Shown here in pieces: positions 48,836 through 48,961 of a stretch of 48,961 bases of DNA (the stretch's first letter is position 1; every line of letters begins with the position of its first letter). Position numbers and translations under genes: made by a program. The stretch spans positions 1-48,961 of the forward strand of contig MHPP01000024.1 of assembly GCA_001822095.1 (NCBI GenBank), read 5' to 3'. This stretch comes from Candidatus Staskawiczbacteria bacterium RIFOXYC1_FULL_38_18. Its GTDB lineage: Bacteria > Patescibacteriota > Minisyncoccia > Minisyncoccales > Staskawiczbacteraceae. Under the pieces are notes generated by a model. The model saw nothing but the letters and a program-made list of their open reading frames with translations, was not told the DNA's origin and did no database searches.

Positions 48836-48961
48836 ATGAAAAGCTTGGTTATAGTTGAGTCACCCGTGAAGGCAAAAACAATCCAAAAGTTTTTGGGAAA
48901 AGATTTTGTAATAAAGTCGTCTTTTGGACATGTACGAGATTTGCCTAAAAGGGAATTGGGA
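48836..48961 (+). CDS. topA: DNA topoisomerase I, N-terminal Toprim fragment (continues beyond the window)
   Basis: Own translation: [42 protein letters not shown]. Confidence 0.85.
   Translation, partial: MKSLVIVESPVKAKTIQKFLGKDFVIKSSFGHVRDLPKRELG

Noticed and set aside
1-48961. tRNA/rRNA genes, transposases, integrases, group I/II introns and inteins as explanations for the GC-rich islands.
   Set aside because: No T-loop-like GGTTCGAATCC-type motifs or cloverleaf-sized GC-rich segments were found. No DDE, tyrosine-recombinase or serine-recombinase or reverse-transcriptase motifs appear in any ORF. nrdD, clpB and topA read uninterrupted.

Overview
This is a 48.9-kb chromosomal segment from an AT-rich, small-genome bacterium. 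Gene content and layout resemble Candidate Phyla Radiation/Patescibacteria; that assignment is an inference. The core genes are compact and mostly on the minus strand: rlmN, clpB, htrA, prs, comEC, nrdD/nrdG, ftsA/ftsZ, ybeY, rpsU, hisS, lepB, pth, a truncated mfd and topA. Also present are two ECF-sigma/DUF5667-like pairs, lamin-tail-domain and tandem-95-repeat surface proteins, and an envelope cluster of glycosyltransferases with a polyprenyl-phosphoribose-like gene set. I found no rRNA, tRNA, CRISPR array, transposase or integrase. The unusual layer is 15 visibly GC-rich ORFs at 11 separate intergenic sites. Hand counts give about 57-58% GC in sampled 60-nt lines, against about 23-35% in flanking core genes. 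I cannot assign any of the 15 to a family. Most carry a near-consensus sigma70-type promoter and a GC-rich intrinsic terminator, and all have a purine-rich Shine-Dalgarno. The core genes lack a Shine-Dalgarno and several look leaderless. These units therefore look like moron-like autonomous cassettes scattered through a cellular core chromosome. The densest locus is a 3.3-kb five-gene cluster between clpB and htrA (13.5-16.9 kb). Other notable points: a type II R-M pair (MvaI/BcnI-like endonuclease plus amino-methyltransferase) wedged between nrdD and nrdG; ~45-bp direct repeats bracketing one PaaX-like gene; an FtsZ that ends right after its globular core; a minimal Mfd; and a 3-prime frameshift in a repeat protein. 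Regulatory-site coordinates were indexed by hand and may be off by 1-2 nt. CDS coordinates follow the supplied ORF track except where an internal start is argued.
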